A DNA stretch of 64,000 nucleotides. It comes from an uncultured Spirochaetota bacterium (GTDB taxonomy: Bacteria; Spirochaetota; Spirochaetia; SZUA-6; Fen-1364). Shown in pieces: positions 60,726 to 64,000 of the stretch; position 1 is the first letter of the stretch, and each line of letters starts with the position of its first letter. The stretch lies in contig CAWJSK010000019.1 in the NCBI GenBank assembly GCA_963845535.1, positions 64,001 through 128,000 of the forward strand, given 5' to 3'. The notes under the pieces are model-generated. The model did no database searches and was not told the DNA's origin. It was given only the letters and a program-made list of their open reading frames with translations. A program made the translations under genes and the position numbers.

Positions 60726-63476
60726 TCACCTGCTTGCCATTTTCCTGAGCACCGTCGGAAGGATTCCGCCGTTCAGGCAGTACTCCAGCTCCACGTCGGT
60801 GTCGATCCGCGCCGTGGCGTGAAACGATATCTCGTTACCCGATGGGCCGCGCGCGGACACCCTGATGCTGTCCAAGGGCTTGCGGGGACCGTCGACATCA
60901 AGCTGCTCATCCCCTTTCAGCCCGAGGGTTGAGGCGTTCTCACCCTTTTGGAACTGCAGCGGCATGACCCCCATGCCCACGAGGTTCGACCTGTGGATGC
61001 GCTCGAAGCTTTCCGCTATCACCGCGCGCACCCCCAGGAGAAGCGTGCCCTTTGCCGCCCAGTCCCGCGAGCTCCCCGTGCCATATTCCTTTCCGGCGAT
61101 GACAATGAGAGGCACGCGCTCCGACCTGTACCGTTCAGCCGCCTCAAAAATGCTCATCCGCTCTCCCGTGGGGAAGTGACGGGTGAACCCACCCTCCACC
61201 CCAGGGACAAGAGCGTTTCGAAGTCGAACGTTTCCGAACGTCCCGCGGACCATCACCTCGTGGTTTCCCCTGCGGGACCCGAACGTGTTGAACTCCCTTG
61301 CCTCCACCCCGCGGTCCTTCAGCCATTTCGCGGCAGGTCCGGGATCAGGGATTTCCCCCGCGGGAGAAATGTGGTCCGTGGTCACGGAATCTCCCAGAAG
61401 GGCAAGCACGCGGCCTCCCCGAATGCCCGGGACTCCGGTGTTCTTTCCGTCCAGGCCCTCGAAGAACGGCGGCTTTCTGATGTAGGTGGATTGCCCCTGC
61501 CAGGCGTAGAGATTCCCCTGCGGGACGGTGATCTTCTTCCATGCCTCGTTCCCTTCGAAGACGGAAGCATAGGTGTCGCGGAACAGCTCAGGACGAAGCG
61601 CCTCCGCGGTTGCAGATTTGATCTCCTCCGCGGACGGCCAGAGGTCATGCAGGAAGACTGCCCGGCCGTTGCGGTCAGCTCCGACGGGCTCGTTTTCCAG
61701 GTCGATCTCCACAGTTCCGGCAAGGGCGTACGCGATCACCAGCGGAGGAGAGGCGAGGTAGCTCGCCTTGACCAGGGGGTGGATCCTGCCCTCGAAGTTG
61801 CGGTTGCCGGAGAGCACCGCGGCAACGGTGAGGTTGCCCTCCGTGATGGCTTTGCCTACTGCCGGAGGAAGCGGACCCGAGTTACCGATGCACGTGGTGC
61901 ACCCGTAGCCGACCAGGTGGAACCCCAGCGCCTCCATATACGGGGTGAGACCGGCCTTGTCGAGGTATTGTGTAACCGCACGGGAGCCGGGGGCAAAGCT
62001 CGTCTTCACGTGGGACGGGACGCGCAGCCCGAGCTGCACGGCATTTTTTGCAAGGAGCCCGGCGCCGAGCATCACGGAGGGGTTGGACGTGTTCGTGCAG
62101 CTCGTGATGGCCGCAATGACCACGGAACCATCCCGCAGCGTCTCCCGCGCGCCCTGGATCTCGATCTCCGCCCCGCGGTCCGCAGAGGGGGGCTGGACGC
62201 GCTCGGGCTGGGCGTACGCGGGCTGGACGCGCTCGGGCTGGGCGTACGCGGGCTGGACGCGCTCGGGCTGGGCCCGCGCGACCGCCTGCCAGGAGCCGCG
62301 CGTTTTCGACAGCGGGAGCCTGTCCTGCGGCCTTCGAGGCCCGGCAACGCATGGTTCGACGCTGCCGAGGTCCAGCTCGAGAACCTCGGAGTACTGCGGC
62401 TGGGCCGCATGCTCGGCGCGAAAAAGGCCCTGCTCCTTGCAGTACCTTTCCACCAGCGCAACCGCTGACGCGTCCCGTCCAGTGTCGTGAAGGTAGGCGA
62501 GGGTTTTCTCATCCACCGGGAAAAACCCCGCCGTGGCCCCGTACTCGGGGGACATATTCGCAATGGTCGCCCTGTCCGCGACGGAAAGGGCCTGCACCCC
62601 GGGGCCGAAGAACTCGACGATTTTTTCAACCACGCCATGAGCGCGGAGCATCTGCGTGACGGTGAGCACGAGGTCCGTTGCGGTGACGCCATCCCGCAGC
62701 CCGCCGTGAAGGCGCATGCCGACGACCCGCGGCAGCAGCATGTACAGCGGCCGCCCCAGCAGCGCGGCCTCGGCTTCGATCCCGCCGACACCCCACCCCA
62801 GGACGCCGATGCCGCAGATCATGGTGGTGTGGGAGTCGGTGCCCACCACGGTGTCGGGAAACGCCACGCCGTCTCGAACTTCCACCACGCGCGCCAGGAA
62901 CTCGAGGTTCACCTGGTGGACGATCCCCGTTGACGGAGGGACCACGCGAAGACCCTGGAAAGCGCCCGCTCCCCAGCGGAGGAACTTGTAACGCTCCCGG
63001 TTGCGCTCGAGCTCGCGCGAGGCGTTCTCAGCGAATGCGCTCCGCGTGCCGGAAGAGTCCACCTGCACGGAGTGGTCGATGACGAGGTCCACCGGGATGA
63101 GCGGGTTGATCCGTGACGGGTCTCCTCCGAGCCCGGCCATGGCGTCGCGCATGGCGGCAAGGTCTGCCACGGCGGGCACTCCCGTGAAGTCCTGCATGAG
63201 CACGCGCGCCGGCAGAAAAGGGATCTCGCGCGTTTGCGCGCCGTGCGCCGCGGCCGCATGCGCGGCCAGCACAGCGGAGACGTCCTCCTCCTTGACGAGG
63301 AAGCCGTCAACGTGGCGAAGCACCGACTCCAGGAGCACTTTTGTCGCGAAAGGAAGACCGGATACGGAGCCGGACCCTTTTCTCTCGAGCTTCTCCAGGC
63401 TGTAGTAGTCGATACGGCGGCCGCCGGCGGACAGCGTTGACTTCGTCCCCAGGAGATCAGCTAAGTTTCTCTTCAT
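60726..63476 (-). CDS. acnA: Aconitate hydratase A
   Basis: QDFTGVP, DHSVQVD, AAITSCTNTSNP, GCTTCIGNSG, GSSRDWAAKG. Confidence 0.97.
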   Translation of the reverse strand: MKRNLADLLGTKSTLSAGGRRIDYYSLEKLERKGSGSVSGLPFATKVLLESVLRHVDGFLVKEEDVSAVLAAHAAAAHGAQTREIPFLPARVLMQDFTGVPAVADLAAMRDAMAGLGGDPSRINPLIPVDLVIDHSVQVDSSGTRSAFAENASRELERNRERYKFLRWGAGAFQGLRVVPPSTGIVHQVNLEFLARVVEVRDGVAFPDTVVGTDSHTTMICGIGVLGWGVGGIEAEAALLGRPLYMLLPRVVGMRLHGGLRDGVTATDLVLTVTQMLRAHGVVEKIVEFFGPGVQALSVADRATIANMSPEYGATAGFFPVDEKTLAYLHDTGRDASAVALVERYCKEQGLFRAEHAAQPQYSEVLELDLGSVEPCVAGPRRPQDRLPLSKTRGSWQAVARAQPERVQPAYAQPERVQPAYAQPERVQPPSADRGAEIEIQGARETLRDGSVVIAAITSCTNTSNPSVMLGAGLLAKNAVQLGLRVPSHVKTSFAPGSRAVTQYLDKAGLTPYMEALGFHLVGYGCTTCIGNSGPLPPAVGKAITEGNLTVAAVLSGNRNFEGRIHPLVKASYLASPPLVIAYALAGTVEIDLENEPVGADRNGRAVFLHDLWPSAEEIKSATAEALRPELFRDTYASVFEGNEAWKKITVPQGNLYAWQGQSTYIRKPPFFEGLDGKNTGVPGIRGGRVLALLGDSVTTDHISPAGEIPDPGPAAKWLKDRGVEAREFNTFGSRRGNHEVMVRGTFGNVRLRNALVPGVEGGFTRHFPTGERMSIFEAAERYRSERVPLIVIAGKEYGTGSSRDWAAKGTLLLGVRAVIAESFERIHRSNLVGMGVMPLQFQKGENASTLGLKGDEQLDVDGPRKPLDSIRVSARGPSGNEISFHATARIDTDVELEYCLNGGILPTVLRKMASR
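62191..62280 (-). repeat. 30-bp tandem repeat x3 inside acnA
   Basis: GGCTGGACGCGCTCGGGCTGGGCGTACGCG x2 plus a near-complete third; encodes AQPERVQPAY. Confidence 0.9.
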
Positions 63477-63572
63477 CGTTTTCCCGTGCCTCATTGTATA
63501 CACCACGGAGACGATGCAGTGCTATTGTCATCTCCTGCGGTTTGCTCTATCATTGAACGAGAGAGTCAAGAG

Positions 63573-64000
63573 ATGCTGGTGCCTGCCGAGGTCTGGACAG
63601 TGGCGAAAGCCGAGCAGGGAAATGCGGTGCTCGTCAGGCCCCTCGGTCTGGACGTAGCCGTGCCTATATTCATTGCGCCTCTGGAGGCGCAGTCCATACT
63701 GATCGGGCTTGGGAGCGTGAAAATGCCACGGCCTCTCACCCATGACCTTTTCATCACGGTGCTTGAGAGCCTGGAGTCCTCCGTCAACCGCGTCGAGATA
63801 ACCGCCCTCAAGGAGGGCACCTACTACGCAAAGCTGATCCTGGATTCCTCGGGATCCGAGATCGCGGTGGATGCGCGGCCCTCTGATTGCCTTGCCCTGG
63901 CCGTGCGGGTCAAATGTCCCATCTATATTGATGAAGCCGTGGTGGATGAAGCGGGCATCTCCGTGAAGATGGTGGAAGAGAAGAACAGGGAGCTGAAGCA
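63573..64000 (+). CDS. Bifunctional nuclease / DUF151 protein, 3' partial
   Basis: VPIFIAPLEAQSI, RPLTHDL, DARPSDCLALAVR (manually translated). Confidence 0.9.
   Translation, partial: MLVPAEVWTVAKAEQGNAVLVRPLGLDVAVPIFIAPLEAQSILIGLGSVKMPRPLTHDLFITVLESLESSVNRVEITALKEGTYYAKLILDSSGSEIAVDARPSDCLALAVRVKCPIYIDEAVVDEAGISVKMVEEKNRELK

Overview
GC-rich bacterial chromosome segment, most likely from a free-living spirochaete (inferred from a spirochaete-type small CxxC protein, a giant FlgD-Ig-tailed surface protein, spirochaetal-style lipoboxes and tRNA-Arg(UCG)). In order it contains: the end of a nucleoside ABC transporter operon with a deleted nucleoside hydrolase remnant; a surface-protein locus of two lipoproteins sharing an identical 368-bp tract, divergent from a 2909-aa mosaic-repeat protein; DHH-CBS and SMP-30 genes; an alpha-2-macroglobulin/malic enzyme operon; tRNA-His/Arg/Lys; a ~14-kb accessory tract of redox and regulatory genes and many gene fragments; tRNA-Leu/Gly; an MCP; tig-clpP-clpX-lon-dedA; a patatin; a YesM/YesN two-component system with a double-domain sugar-binding lipoprotein and a ytfQRT-yjfF-like transporter; acnA; and a partial DUF151 gene. 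Many single-base frameshifts look like long-read consensus errors. No CRISPR array, rRNA, integrase or transposase was recognised. The best candidate for an undescribed system is the 3.7-14.6 kb surface locus (permuted PPC-like lipoproteins plus a recombining giant adhesin with a T9SS-like tail). All family calls come from motif recognition by eye, not from database searches.
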